Below, one piece after another: positions 6,551 to 6,809 of a stretch of 6,809 bases of DNA. The notes beneath the pieces were generated by a model, which had not been told where the DNA came from, searched no databases, and was given only the letters and a program-made list of their open reading frames with translations. Each line of letters begins with the position of its first letter. Positions within the stretch are counted from its first letter, which is position 1. The stretch spans positions 1 through 6,809 of the forward strand of contig NW_021828924.1 of assembly GCF_006345805.1 (NCBI RefSeq), given 5' to 3'. A program made the position numbers and the translations under genes. This DNA is from Octopus sinensis (lineage: Eukaryota).

Positions 6551-6746
6551 TGTGTGTGTCTGTGTTTGTCCCCCACAACATCGCTTGACAACCGATGCTG
6601 GTGTGTTTACGTCTCCGTAACTTAGCGATAGAATAAGTACTAGGCTTACAAAGAATAAGTCCTGGGGTCGATTTTCTCGACAAAAGGCTGTGCTCCAACA
6701 TGGCCGCAGTCAAATGACTGAAACAAGTAAAAGAGTAAAAGAGTAA
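6551..6746 (+). mobile_element. 5'-truncated SINE (3' half of a common Octopus-type SINE)
   Basis: ATCGCTTGACAACCGATGCTGGTGTGTTTACGTC...GATAGAATAAGTACTAGGCTTACAAAGAATAAGTCCTGGGGTCGA...CATGGCCGCAGTCAAATGACTGAAACA is recognised from memory as an abundant octopus SINE tail. It ends in AGTAAAAG x2.6 (6726-6746), shares its 3' motif with 4311-4380 and has no Pol III head. Confidence 0.8.
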
Positions 6747-6809
6747 TACGCAAATACACATTCATTTTTGAATCACTCAACAGACAAACCGTTTTTTAAA
6801 AAAATATGC

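Noticed and set aside
1-6809. Prokaryotic system (CRISPR array, operon, defence island)
   Set aside because: There are no regularly spaced repeat-spacer units and no gene-dense coding. Pol III SINEs, LINE/PLE remnants and microsatellites indicate animal DNA.

Overview
Repeat-saturated, non-coding eukaryotic DNA with no intact protein-coding gene, RNA gene or CRISPR array. The SINE families and compound microsatellite style match my recollection of Octopus (coleoid cephalopod) genomic DNA; that assignment is an inference. The window contains remnants of at least eight insertions: an L1/Tx1-type LINE 3' end (1-539), a decayed mariner (~815-1276), a decayed Penelope-like GIY-YIG endonuclease region (~2627-3163), a lone hAT-like terminus (~3214-3281), a full-length tRNA-derived SINE with a perfect 12-bp TSD (3346-3732), a SINE 3' stub (4311-4380), a frameshifted DD41D (rosa) transposon (5650-6550) and a 5'-truncated SINE abutting it (6551-6746). 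Long di- and trinucleotide arrays separate them and explain most ORFs in the supplied track. The most interesting signals are covarying stem-loops in the SINE tails, a decayed hammerhead-like fold after the Penelope ORF, a perfect DR5 motif, a candidate micro-exon and a possible TG/CA fold-back. I see no convincing novel multi-gene system.
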